Positions 22,033 through 31,175 of a stretch of DNA of 64,000 bases are shown here, one piece after another. The stretch covers positions 160,001 through 224,000 of the forward strand of contig CAVVCZ010000004.1 of assembly GCA_963746845.1 (NCBI GenBank). Reading direction: 5' to 3'. The notes under the pieces were generated by a model. The model did not search any database. It was not told the DNA's origin and saw only the letters and a program-made list of their open reading frames with translations. The stretch comes from an uncultured Chloroflexia bacterium. GTDB lineage: Bacteria > Chloroflexota > Limnocylindria > Limnocylindrales > CSP1-4. Position 1 is the first letter of the stretch. Every line of letters begins with the position of its first letter. Made by a program: the position numbers and the translations under genes.

Positions 22033-23484
22033 ATGACCGACACGCTCGAGCGGGTCAAGACCTATCAGCAGCTCATCGGCGGCGACTTCGTCGACGCGGC
22101 ATCCGGCGAGACGCAGGAAGTCGTCAACCCGGCCAACGACCAGGTCATCGCGAACGTCCCGAAGAGCGCGTCGGAGGACGTCGATCGCGCGGTGAATGCC
22201 GCCGCGACCGCCTTCGAGACGTACCGGACGACCACGCCACAGGACCGCTCGCTGATGCTCCTGAAGCTCGCCGACCTCCTCGAGGCGAAGGGCGAGGAGC
22301 TCGGCCGGCTCGAGAGCCAGAACGCCGGCAAGCCGGTCGGTGCCGCAATCGACGAGATGGCCGTGTGCGCGGACCTGTTCCGGTTCTTCGCCGGGGCGGC
22401 GCGGGTGATGGACGGCCTGGCGGCAAACGAGTTCCTCGCCGGGCACACCTCGATCATCCGGCGCGACCCGATCGGCGTCGTCGCCTCGATCGCGCCCTGG
22501 AACTACCCGCTCTACATGGCGAGCTGGAAGCTGGGGCCGGCGCTCGCTACGGGCAACACCGTCGTCCTCAAGCCGTCGGCGCGGACGCCGCTCACCGCGC
22601 TCGCCTTCGGCGAGATCCTCGCCGAGGTGTTCCCGCCCGGCGTCGTCAACGTGCTGTCCGGGTCCGGCTCGGACATCGGCGATGCGCTCGTGGGCCACCC
22701 GAAGGTCCGGATGGTGTCGATCACCGGTGACACGGTCACCGGCAAGCGCGTCGCGAAGATCGCGGCGGACACCGTCAAGCGGCTCCACCTCGAGCTCGGC
22801 GGCAAGGCTCCCGTCATCATCTTCGACGACGCGGACCTCGACCTCGCGGCGGAGACCCTGAAGGCCGCTGGCTACTGGAACAGCGGCCAGGACTGCACCG
22901 CCGCCACCCGGGTCATCGCGGGGCCGGCCGTCTACGACTCCTTCGTCTCGAAGCTGTCCGACCAGGTCCGTTCGATCAAGTGGGGCGACCCGGCCGAGGC
23001 CGACGACCTCGACATGGGCTCGCTGATCGCCCACGCCCAGGTCGACAAGGTCGCGGGGATGGTCGATCGGGCCCGGGGGTCCGCAGAGGTCGTCGTCGGC
23101 GGGGTCAAGCCGGACCGGGCGGGCTCGTACTACGCGCCGACGGTCATCGCCGGCCCGGACCAGAAGTCCGAGATCATCCAGGACGAGATCTTCGGCCCGG
23201 TCGTCACGGTCCAGCGCTTCGCGGACGAGGGGCAGGCGGTGGCCTGGGCGAACGACACGCCGTACGGCCTCGCATCATCCGTGTTCACGTCGGACATCGG
23301 AAAGGCCATGCGGGTCGCCAAGGCGCTCGAGTTCGGGCACGTCTGGATCAACGAGCACTTCACGCTGGCGTCCGAGACGCCGCATGGCGGTGTGAAGCAG
23401 TCCGGCTACGGCAAGGACGGCAGCAAGTATGCGTTGGAGGATTACACCTTCATCAAACACGTGATGATCAACACCGGCGACTGA
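22033..23484 (+). CDS. patD: Gamma-aminobutyraldehyde-type aldehyde dehydrogenase
   Basis: [45 protein letters not shown]. Confidence 0.85.
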   Translation: MTDTLERVKTYQQLIGGDFVDAASGETQEVVNPANDQVIANVPKSASEDVDRAVNAAATAFETYRTTTPQDRSLMLLKLADLLEAKGEELGRLESQNAGKPVGAAIDEMAVCADLFRFFAGAARVMDGLAANEFLAGHTSIIRRDPIGVVASIAPWNYPLYMASWKLGPALATGNTVVLKPSARTPLTALAFGEILAEVFPPGVVNVLSGSGSDIGDALVGHPKVRMVSITGDTVTGKRVAKIAADTVKRLHLELGGKAPVIIFDDADLDLAAETLKAAGYWNSGQDCTAATRVIAGPAVYDSFVSKLSDQVRSIKWGDPAEADDLDMGSLIAHAQVDKVAGMVDRARGSAEVVVGGVKPDRAGSYYAPTVIAGPDQKSEIIQDEIFGPVVTVQRFADEGQAVAWANDTPYGLASSVFTSDIGKAMRVAKALEFGHVWINEHFTLASETPHGGVKQSGYGKDGSKYALEDYTFIKHVMINTGD

Positions 23485-23495
23485 GCCCCGCCGTC

Positions 23496-23624
23496 CGGCT
23501 GTCGCGCCTGGACGACGCTGGACTTCGTTGGCCGCTCCGCTCCGCGCTCACGGGCCTTCAGGCCCGCTCGCTTACGGTGCTCCCGGCCGCCTTGCCAGCC
23601 TCGCCCATCCGCGACGAACGCAGT
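23496..23624. repeat. Structured intergenic repeat family B, copy 1
   Basis: Shares CGGCTGTC.CGCC, CGCTCACG-hairpin-CGCTCGCT and GCGACGAACGCAGT with 30697..30823. Confidence 0.7.
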
Positions 23625-23874
23625 CGTCGTCCTGAGGGCGCTCCAAGCGCCGATTGCGCCTGGGGCACACGTCGAGCAGGCGCGAGCGGTTGACCGGCCA
23701 GATTGGCCCTGGATCCGGGCGGAATCAGCAGCTCTTGTGCACTCCGCGCACGGAACCGGCAACGCGGCTGAGAAGCGCGTCGGACGCAAGCACCCGGCGC
23801 AAGAGAGGGTGCTCGCGGCGGGGACCACGTATCGCACGTGTGCACCCGGTGCAAGGATCGGGTGCCCGCCGGCA

Positions 23875-24819
23875 TCAGGACCGAGCGGCCAGGGCGTCCC
23901 GGATCGCGCCGAGGGAGTCGATCGTTTCGAGGTCCCACGGCGAGCGGAAGATCACGATCGGGTGGCGGATGCCGACCGCCGCGTAGCCGGCGAGCGCAGC
24001 GGCGACCCGCTCGACCGGGCCGCCGACGAGCAGCCGGCCCTCGCCCTCGCGGGGGTGATGGGTCGCGACCCAGCCGGCCCACGCCCGCTCCGCCTCCTCC
24101 GCCGTCGGGCGGACGACGACGTTGAGGTTGACGCTGCGCTCGATCTCGTCCGGGTCGCGACCGATCGCCACGCACCGCTCGCGCAGGATCGCGTCGCTGG
24201 CGGCGATGCTCGACGGTGACCCGTAGGCGTTCCACAGGTCGGCGTGACGGGCGACGAGCGGCAGCGTCTTCGTCGGGCCGGAGCCGCCGATCAGGAGCGG
24301 GATCCGTGGCTGAACGGGCCGTGGCGCCGCGACGGCGTCGGTGAACGTGTAGAACCGGCCGGTGGCCGTGACACGCTCGCCGTCCAGCAGACGGCGGATC
24401 AGCGGCACCGCCTCCGCCAGTCGGTCCAGGCGCTCGCCGAACCCGCTCCCGAAGTCAATCCCGAACGCCCGGTGCTCGGCCTCGAACCAGCCGCCGCCGA
24501 GCCCGAGGATCGAGCGCCCGCCGCTGACGTGATCGACGGTGACCGCCAGCTTGGCCGTGAGCCCGGGGTTGCGGAGCGTGTTCGCGGCGACGAGGAGACC
24601 GACTCGGGCCCGATGCGTGACGGCGGCGACGGCCGACAGCGTCGCCCAGCCCTCGAGCTTGCCGTCGTCGGGATCGCCCTCGTCGGCCAGCAGATGGTCG
24701 TCGATCCAGAGGTCGTCGGCGCCCGCGGCCTCGGCCGCGAGGACGGCATCCCGGAGCGACGGCCAGTCGGTCCGCTGGACCCAGAACGCGGCACCGATCC
24801 GGATCGGGTGGCGGGGCAT
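23875..24819 (-). CDS. LLM-class (luciferase-like, possibly F420-dependent) oxidoreductase
   Basis: LWIDDH, RNPGLTAKLAVTVDHVSGGR, GGSGPTKTL. Confidence 0.9.
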   Translation of the reverse strand: MPRHPIRIGAAFWVQRTDWPSLRDAVLAAEAAGADDLWIDDHLLADEGDPDDGKLEGWATLSAVAAVTHRARVGLLVAANTLRNPGLTAKLAVTVDHVSGGRSILGLGGGWFEAEHRAFGIDFGSGFGERLDRLAEAVPLIRRLLDGERVTATGRFYTFTDAVAAPRPVQPRIPLLIGGSGPTKTLPLVARHADLWNAYGSPSSIAASDAILRERCVAIGRDPDEIERSVNLNVVVRPTAEEAERAWAGWVATHHPREGEGRLLVGGPVERVAAALAGYAAVGIRHPIVIFRSPWDLETIDSLGAIRDALAARS

Positions 24820-24842
24820 CGAGCGATGGTACGCTCGGCCCG

Positions 24843-25745
24843 ATGGCCTCCGCCCTGCCCGCCGACGCGCGTGCCGCCGTCCTCGCCTGGTACGACGCGA
24901 ACGGGCGATCGCTGGCCTTCCGGGCCAGCCGCGACCCCTGGGCGATCCTCGTGTCGGAGGTCATGGCTCAGCAGACCCAGATCGGGCGCGTCGTCGAGGC
25001 GTGGGAGCGGTTCATGGCTCGCTTCCCGACGGTGGACGCCCTCGCGGCGGCGTCCCCGGCCGATGTCCTCCGGGCCTGGCAGGGGATGGGCTACGACCGC
25101 CGGGCGCTGAACCTCCGCCGCGCCGCTCAGCGGATCCGGGACGAGCACGGCGGTCACGTCCCCGACGACATCGCCGCCCTCGAGCGGCTGCCGGGTGTCG
25201 GGCCGTACACCGCGCGCGCCGTCGCGTCGATCGCCTTCGGCCGGCCGGTCGGCGCCGTGGACACGAACGTCCGGCGGGTCCTGGAGCGAGCGCTTCTCGG
25301 GACGAAGACGCCACCCGGGGCCTCCTGGACTCAGGCTGCCGCGGATGCCTCGGTGGCTCCGGCCCGCCCCGGCGACTGGACGCATGCCGTCATGGACGTC
25401 GGAGCGACCCTCTGCCGGCCCGGGAGGCCGCGCTGCGGGGCGTGCCCACTCGAGGCGTGGTGCCGCTGGGCGCAGGCGGACGCGCGTGGCACGCCCCGGA
25501 TCATTCGAACCAGGCAGGCCCCGGCCGGCCCGGCGCCGTCGTTCGCCTCGACGACCCGCTGGCTCCGCGGCCGGATCGTCGATCGGCTCCGCGCGGCGGA
25601 CGACGGCGCGTGGACCACGCTCGACGGATCGATCGGCGACCACGACCCGGCGGCGGTCGCGCGTGCGCTTCAAGCGCTCGCGCGGGACGGCGTCGTGGAG
25701 CTCGATCCCGCCAACGGGCGACGCGCGCGTCTCGCCACGGCCTGA
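24843..25745 (+). CDS. mutY: A/G-specific adenine glycosylase
   Basis: VSEVMAQQT, WQGMGY, LPGVGPYTA, VDTNVRRV and Fe-S cysteines C-x6-C-x2-C-x5-C. Confidence 0.93.
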   Translation: MASALPADARAAVLAWYDANGRSLAFRASRDPWAILVSEVMAQQTQIGRVVEAWERFMARFPTVDALAAASPADVLRAWQGMGYDRRALNLRRAAQRIRDEHGGHVPDDIAALERLPGVGPYTARAVASIAFGRPVGAVDTNVRRVLERALLGTKTPPGASWTQAAADASVAPARPGDWTHAVMDVGATLCRPGRPRCGACPLEAWCRWAQADARGTPRIIRTRQAPAGPAPSFASTTRWLRGRIVDRLRAADDGAWTTLDGSIGDHDPAAVARALQALARDGVVELDPANGRRARLATA

Positions 25746-25784
25746 GCGATCCGCCGCGGGGGGCATCCGCGCTACGCTTCGGCC

Positions 25785-26603
25785 GTGATGCCCACCGTCC
25801 CGAGAACCCGACCCGTGACCGCCGTTTCCGGCGAGCGCCTGCCCGCCGACGACCCGGAGCTGTTCGAGCTGGACCTGCGCGGCCTGCGGGCCCACTGGGC
25901 GGCGGCCGCCTCCCGGCCACCGATCGGGGCCGCGGCAATGACCGGCGCCGACCGCCGGGCGCAGGCCGTCGGCGTCACCGGGGAGTGGCTGATGGAGCAC
26001 GCCGGCGCCGCCGTCGCGGCCGCGGCGCACGCGCTCGCGCTCGACACCGACCGCTGGGGCCACGGACCGATCGTCATCCTGTGCGGACCCGGCAACAACG
26101 GCGGTGACGGCCTGGTCGCGGCCCGGCGCCTTGCGTCGGCCGGGGCGAAGGTGGTGGTCGCGCTCATCGCGACGGGGGCCCGCCCCTCGACCCCGGATGC
26201 CGCGCGGAACTGGGACCGCATTGTGCGCGACGAGCGGATCACGATCGTCCACGCCCCGGTCGCGCGCGACGTCCAGGTCCTCGGTCAGGGGATCGAGAAG
26301 GCGGCGATCGTCGTGGACGCGCTGCTCGGCACGGGGGTCAGTGGTCCGCTGCGCGAGCCGATCCGGTCGGCGGTCGACCTCGTCAACCGGGCCCGTGCGT
26401 CGCTTGTCCCGGTCCTCGCGGTCGACACGCCGACCGCGGTGGACCTCACCTCCGGCGACCCGTCCGACCCCGCCGTCCGGGCGGACCTGACGATCACCTT
26501 CCACCGGCCCAAGACCGGGCTCCTCACCCGGAACGGCAAGGCCCTCGCCGGCCGCGTCCTCGTCGCCCCGATCGGGATCCCCGCGGAGGCGGATCGTGCC
26601 TGA
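25785..26603 (+). CDS. nnrE: NAD(P)H-hydrate epimerase
   Basis: LMEHAG, CGPGNNGGDG, VDALLGTG, AVDTPT. Confidence 0.9.
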   Translation: MMPTVPRTRPVTAVSGERLPADDPELFELDLRGLRAHWAAAASRPPIGAAAMTGADRRAQAVGVTGEWLMEHAGAAVAAAAHALALDTDRWGHGPIVILCGPGNNGGDGLVAARRLASAGAKVVVALIATGARPSTPDAARNWDRIVRDERITIVHAPVARDVQVLGQGIEKAAIVVDALLGTGVSGPLREPIRSAVDLVNRARASLVPVLAVDTPTAVDLTSGDPSDPAVRADLTITFHRPKTGLLTRNGKALAGRVLVAPIGIPAEADRA

Positions 26604-26823
26604 CGGTGGGGAGACACGTGCACCCGGACTGCGTGACGCGCTCTTGATCGGAGGGCTGATCGTCATCGTCGTCCTGGCCGCGGCGGTCGTCACGTTCCTG
26701 CTCCCGTCGGACGCGCAGGACGTCGTCTTCCGCACCCCGCTCCTGATCCTCGTCCTCATCGTGGGCACGGCCGGCGTCCTCTGGCGGATCACGCGTCCGG
26801 GGTCCGGCAGCGGAACTCGATGA
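26596..26823 (+). CDS. Small two-TM membrane protein
   Basis: Two hydrophobic helices; overlaps both neighbours in an operon-like arrangement. Confidence 0.7.
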   Translation: MPDGGETRAPGLRDALLIGGLIVIVVLAAAVVTFLLPSDAQDVVFRTPLLILVLIVGTAGVLWRITRPGSGSGTR

Positions 26824-28449
26824 CGGCGGAGCCCCTCGAGGGACGTCGACGCGACCTGGCCGCCCTGGCGAACGACCCGCTGGACGTCCTCGTGATCGGT
26901 GGTGGGATCGTCGGCGCGGGATCCGCGCTGGACGCCGCGACCCGTGGGCTTCGTGTCGGCCTCGTCGAGCAGGACGACATCGCGAGCGGGACATCGTCGC
27001 GCTCGTCGCGGTTGATCCACGGCGGACTGCGCTACCTGGAGCAGTACCGGTTCGGGCTCGTCCGTGAGGCGCTCCGCGAGCGGTCGCGGGTCCTCCACCT
27101 CGCCCCGCACCTCGTCACGATCCAGCCGCTGCTGTTCCCGCTCTTCGGCTGGCCCGTCGTGACCCGGGTCTTCTACCAGACCGGGATGACCCTGTACGAC
27201 GTCCTGGGTGCGCGGCACGACGGCGGCTGGCACCGCCACGTCTCGGTCCACGAGGTCCTCGCCCATGCCCCGCGGATGCGGAGAGAGGGCCTGCGCGGCG
27301 GCCTGATCTTCCATGACGGGATGGAGGACGACGCCCGGTACACCCTCAACGTCGCCCGGACCGCCCAGGCCGACGGGGCGACGGTCGTGACGCGGACGCG
27401 CGTCGGCGGGCTCGTCGAGGCGGCTGGACGGGTCGTCGGTGCGCGCATCCGGGACGTACTGGGCGGGGACGACCTCGAGGTCCGCGCGCGCGTCGTCATC
27501 GACGCGACCGGCGTGTGGGGCGCCGATCCGGCCTCGCCGCTCTCGGGCGGGACGCGCCTGCTCCCATCGCGGGGCGCGCACCTGGTCGTGGCGCGCGACC
27601 GGATCCCGAGCGATGTGGGCCTCACGATCCGCGTCCCGGGCAAGGTCGTGTTCTTCGTCCCGTGGCCGCACTTCTGGCTGATCGGCACGACGGACGCGCC
27701 GTACGACGGACCGATCGATCGCCCGACCGCCGGCCACGACGAGGTCGACGAGCTCCTCGCGGCAGTCAACCGGGTGCTCGATGTGGACCTGACGCGTGCC
27801 GACGTCGTCGGCACGTACGCCGGCCTCCGGCCGCTGATCGCCCCGTCCGGCGCCGAGGCGTCGACGATCCGGGCGTCGCGCGAGCACCGCGTCGTCGTGG
27901 AGCGCAACGGCCTCGTCCGCGTGAGCGGCGGCAAGTACACGACGTATCGCGCGATGGCCGAGCAGACCGTCGACGCCGCCCTGGGCGTCCTCGGCGAGCG
28001 TCCCGCGGATCGACCGACCGGGACGGTCACCCGCCGACTCGTCGGGGCGGCGGATCGCCCCGAGCTCGACGCGCTGGCCGCCGGTCTCGCGGCGGAGTCC
28101 GGGCTGGACCGCGCCGTCGCGGATCGCCTGGTGGCGCGCCACGGAACCGAGGCACCCGACGTCGTCGCGCTCGGTCGGGAGTGCGGGCTGCTCGGTCGGA
28201 TCGTGGACGGCGAGGAGTTCCTCGAGGCCGAGATCGCCTGGGCGGCGCGGCACGAGCTCGCCCTCTCGGTGGACGACGCACTGGCCCGCCGGACGCGCCT
28301 TGTTCAGGAGCTGCCGGATCGCGGCGCGGCGATCGCCCCGCGGGTCGCTGCGATCCTCGGGCGCGGAGCTCGGCTGGGACGATGCCCGACGAGCGACGGA
28401 GGTGTCGACCTACCTGGAACGGGCGTCGCGCGAGTTCGCGGTCGTGTGA
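26820..28449 (+). CDS. glpD: FAD-dependent glycerol-3-phosphate dehydrogenase; frameshift at ~28360
   Basis: IGGGIVG, GTSSRSSRLIHGGLRYL, GGKYTTYR; removing one G at 28359-28361 restores ...GAELGWD...REFAVV with a stop at 28449. Confidence 0.92.
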
Positions 28450-29957
28450 TGGCGGCCGATCTGGTCCTCGCCCTCGACGAGGGGACGACGAGCGCCCGGT
28501 CGATCGTGTTCGATCGATCCGGGTCGATCGTCGCGTCGGCCCAGCGCGAGTTCGCGCAGCGCTTCCCGTCGCCGGGTGACGTCCGCCACGACCCGGAGGC
28601 GATCTGGGACGCGCAGCTGACCACGGCGCGGGAAGCGATCGCGGCCGCCGGCGGCGCGGAGCGGATCGCGGCGATCGGGGTCACGAACCAGCGCGAGACG
28701 ACGGTCGTCTGGGATCGCGCGACCGGTCGCCCGGTCGCCGACGCGATCGTGTGGCAGAGCCGGGTCACGGCGCGGTACTGCGAGACGCTCCGCGCGGCCG
28801 GCCACGAATCGCTCGTCCGCGAGCGGACCGGCCTGCCGATCGACGCCTACTTCAGTGGCCCGAAGATCCGCCAGATCCTGCTCGAGGACCCGACACTCCG
28901 ACCGCGCGCCGAGCGGGGCGAGCTCGCCGCGGGCACGGTGGAGTCGTTCCTGATCTGGCGGCTCACCGGTGGGCGGGTCCACGTGTCGGACGCGTCGAAC
29001 GCATCGCGGACGCTGCTGCTCGACATCCGGAGCGGGGCGTGGGACGACGAGCTGTGCGAGCTGATGGAGGTCCCGCGCGCGCTCCTGCCCGAGGTCCGGA
29101 GCTCGTCCGAGGTCTACGGCACGACCGACCCGGAGCTGTTCGGCCGGCCGATCCCGATCGCCGGCGCCGCCGGCGACCAGCAGGCGGCGACCTTCGGCCA
29201 GGCGTGCCTTGCCCCGGGCGAGGCAAAGGTGACGCTCGGGACCGGCGCCTTCCTGCTCGTCAACACCGGCACGACCGTCGTGCGCTCGGCCCACGGCCTC
29301 CTCTCGACGATCGCCTGGCGACTCGGGCCGGATGCGCCGATCACCCACGCCCTCGAGGGCTCGGTCTTCGTGACCGGCGCCGCGGTCCAGTGGCTTCGCG
29401 ACGGCCTCGGGCTGTTCGCGTCCTCGTCGGAGGTGGAGGGGCTGGCCGCGTCCGTCGCGGACAGCGGTGGGGTGGTCGTGGTCCCCGCGTTCGTGGGGCT
29501 GGGTGCGCCGTACTGGGATCCCGACGCACGCGGCGCGATCCTCGGGCTCACCCGCGGGAGCGCCGGCGCGCACCTGGCTCGCGCCACCCTCGAGTCGATC
29601 GCCTTCCAGGTCCGCGACGTCGTCGAGGCGATGGACGCCGACCTGGGCCGCCCGCTGTCGGAGCTCCGGATCGACGGTGGCGGTGCCGGGGACCTCGTCT
29701 GCGCGATGGTCGCCGACCAGGTCGATCGGCCGGTCGATCGGCCGGTCAACCGGGAGACGACGGCGTTCGGGGCGGCTGCGCTCGCGGGACTGGCCGTCGG
29801 CGTGTGGGGTGATCCGGTCGAGATCGCCTCGGTGCGCAGATCCGAGCGGCGGTTCGAGCCGGTCGTTTCGGCGGGTTCCGCGGCCCGCCGGGAGGCCGCC
29901 TATCGAGCGTGGCAGCGGGGCGTCGAGCGGGCCCGCGGCTGGGCCGCCGAGCCCTGA
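28449..29957 (+). CDS. glpK: Glycerol kinase
   Basis: LDEGTTSAR, TNQRETT, YFSGPK, SNASRTLL, GDQQAA, GLGAPYWD. Confidence 0.95.
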   Translation: MAADLVLALDEGTTSARSIVFDRSGSIVASAQREFAQRFPSPGDVRHDPEAIWDAQLTTAREAIAAAGGAERIAAIGVTNQRETTVVWDRATGRPVADAIVWQSRVTARYCETLRAAGHESLVRERTGLPIDAYFSGPKIRQILLEDPTLRPRAERGELAAGTVESFLIWRLTGGRVHVSDASNASRTLLLDIRSGAWDDELCELMEVPRALLPEVRSSSEVYGTTDPELFGRPIPIAGAAGDQQAATFGQACLAPGEAKVTLGTGAFLLVNTGTTVVRSAHGLLSTIAWRLGPDAPITHALEGSVFVTGAAVQWLRDGLGLFASSSEVEGLAASVADSGGVVVVPAFVGLGAPYWDPDARGAILGLTRGSAGAHLARATLESIAFQVRDVVEAMDADLGRPLSELRIDGGGAGDLVCAMVADQVDRPVDRPVNRETTAFGAAALAGLAVGVWGDPVEIASVRRSERRFEPVVSAGSAARREAAYRAWQRGVERARGWAAEP

Positions 29958-30004
29958 TCGAACGCTCGGCGGCACGATCGGCCCGGATCGACGAAAATAC
30001 CCTC

Positions 30005-30165
30005 TGTACAAGTCCGTCGTCGGTCGTCTAGACTCCCGCGCGGAAGCGCCGTGGAAGCGTCCACGGCAAGAACAGACGTAGCTCGACGACGACTCGGACT
30101 CCTCTCACGGCTGACGCGAGAAAACCCGGAGGGATCGCGCGGCTACCGAGAGGAGTTTTCGTTTC
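30005..30165 (+). promoter_or_regulatory. Sigma70-like promoter and structured 5'UTR
   Basis: TGTACA-N18-TAGACT; hairpin at 30048-30067; ACTCCTCTC (30098-30106) is complementary to GAGAGGAGT (30148-30156). Confidence 0.55.
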
Positions 30166-30588
30166 GTGTACAACGACAAGAACCTGACCTGCGCAGACTG
30201 CGGCCAGGAGTTCGTGTTCACCGCGAGTGAGCAGGATTTCTACGCACAGCGTGGGTTCACCGAGCCGCGACGTTGCCCGTCGTGCCGCGCCAGCCGCAAG
30301 GCCGCGCGGAACGCGACCGGCGGCGGCGGGGCCGGAAGCAGCTATGGCAGCTACGGCGCCAGTGGCGGCTATTCGGCCGGTGGCAGCAGCTACGGTGGCA
30401 GCAGCAGCGGTGGATACAACGGCGGCGGCAGTGGCGGTGGGTACCGCGACCGCGGACCGCGCGAGATGTTCAGCGCCACCTGCTCCAGCTGCGGTCGCGA
30501 GGCCCAGGTCCCCTTCCGCCCGACCAGCGGCAAGCCCGTCTACTGCTCTGACTGCTTCCGCAGCCAGCGCGGCGGGAGCGCCTACTAG
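30166..30588 (+). CDS. Zinc-ribbon / CxxC-x17-CxxC domain protein with Gly-rich linker
   Basis: CADC...EQDFY...EPRRCPSC and CSSC...VPFRP...PVYCSDC. Confidence 0.92.
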   Translation: MYNDKNLTCADCGQEFVFTASEQDFYAQRGFTEPRRCPSCRASRKAARNATGGGGAGSSYGSYGASGGYSAGGSSYGGSSSGGYNGGGSGGGYRDRGPREMFSATCSSCGREAQVPFRPTSGKPVYCSDCFRSQRGGSAY

Positions 30589-30644
30589 ACCCATCCTCTC
30601 GGTGCGGGCCTGCCCAGGGCCCGCCGAACCAGCCGTCGATTCCA

Positions 30645-30676
30645 CGACCCGAGTTGTCAGCCGACTCGGGTCGTTT
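30645..30676 (+). terminator. Intrinsic terminator
   Basis: CGACCCGAGT...ACTCGGGTCG stem followed by TTT. Confidence 0.65.
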
Positions 30677-30696
30677 GATTCCCGTGCCGGGATCAT

Positions 30697-30823
30697 CGGC
30701 TGTCACGCCGGGGCGGCCATGCGTGCGTTGCCCCCTGTGGTGCTCGCTCACGCACCTTGAAGTGCGCTCGCTCCGCTCCTCGGGGTCGCCTTCGCCTGAC
30801 CGCCCGGGCGCGACGAACGCAGT
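30697..30823. repeat. Structured intergenic repeat family B, copy 2
   Basis: Homologous to 23496..23624, with compensatory changes in the stems. Confidence 0.7.
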
Positions 30824-31175
30824 TCGGGCTGTCGCGGGCGTTCGCGCGGGCGCGCCTCGCAACCGCGGCCGACATGCGCCGGGGTGCTATCCGGGGGGTT
30901 GAGCGACCCATTGGGTCGGCCGGCGTCGCGGACTGCGGGGAATCCACGCTGGCTTGAGCGTGGGATGGCGCCGCGTCGAGGGCAAACCGGCTCGCAATGA
31001 CTCGTTCAGCCTCCAATCAAGCACTGGGATGCATATCGGACCCGGGAGGAGACCCACGAGGCTCGACCAGGGGCTGTCGGGACTGGACGACGCTGACGGC
31101 GTTCCCGGCTGCGTAAGGGGCCGGTGCCGGCGCGCACCCTCCGCCGCACGGAGTACGGGCGCGACCGGGACGACT

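Noticed and set aside
24843-25745. MutY lacking the C-terminal NUDIX-like domain
   Set aside because: This short architecture is common in high-GC bacteria.
24399-28253. Very long antisense ORFs (e.g. 1284 aa here; also 13678..16350 and 56052..58166)
   Set aside because: Shadow ORFs of real genes in high-GC DNA; Arg/Pro/Gly-rich with no recognisable motifs.
26820-29957. Apparent 1045-aa GlpD-GlpK fusion
   Set aside because: One extra G at 28359-28361 explains it. The corrected frame gives a normal GlpD C-terminus ending in a TGATG overlap with the glpK start.
30975-31170. GGCAAACC suggesting a c-di-GMP-I riboswitch
   Set aside because: The GNRA tetraloop stem and downstream GCAAAG elements are missing.
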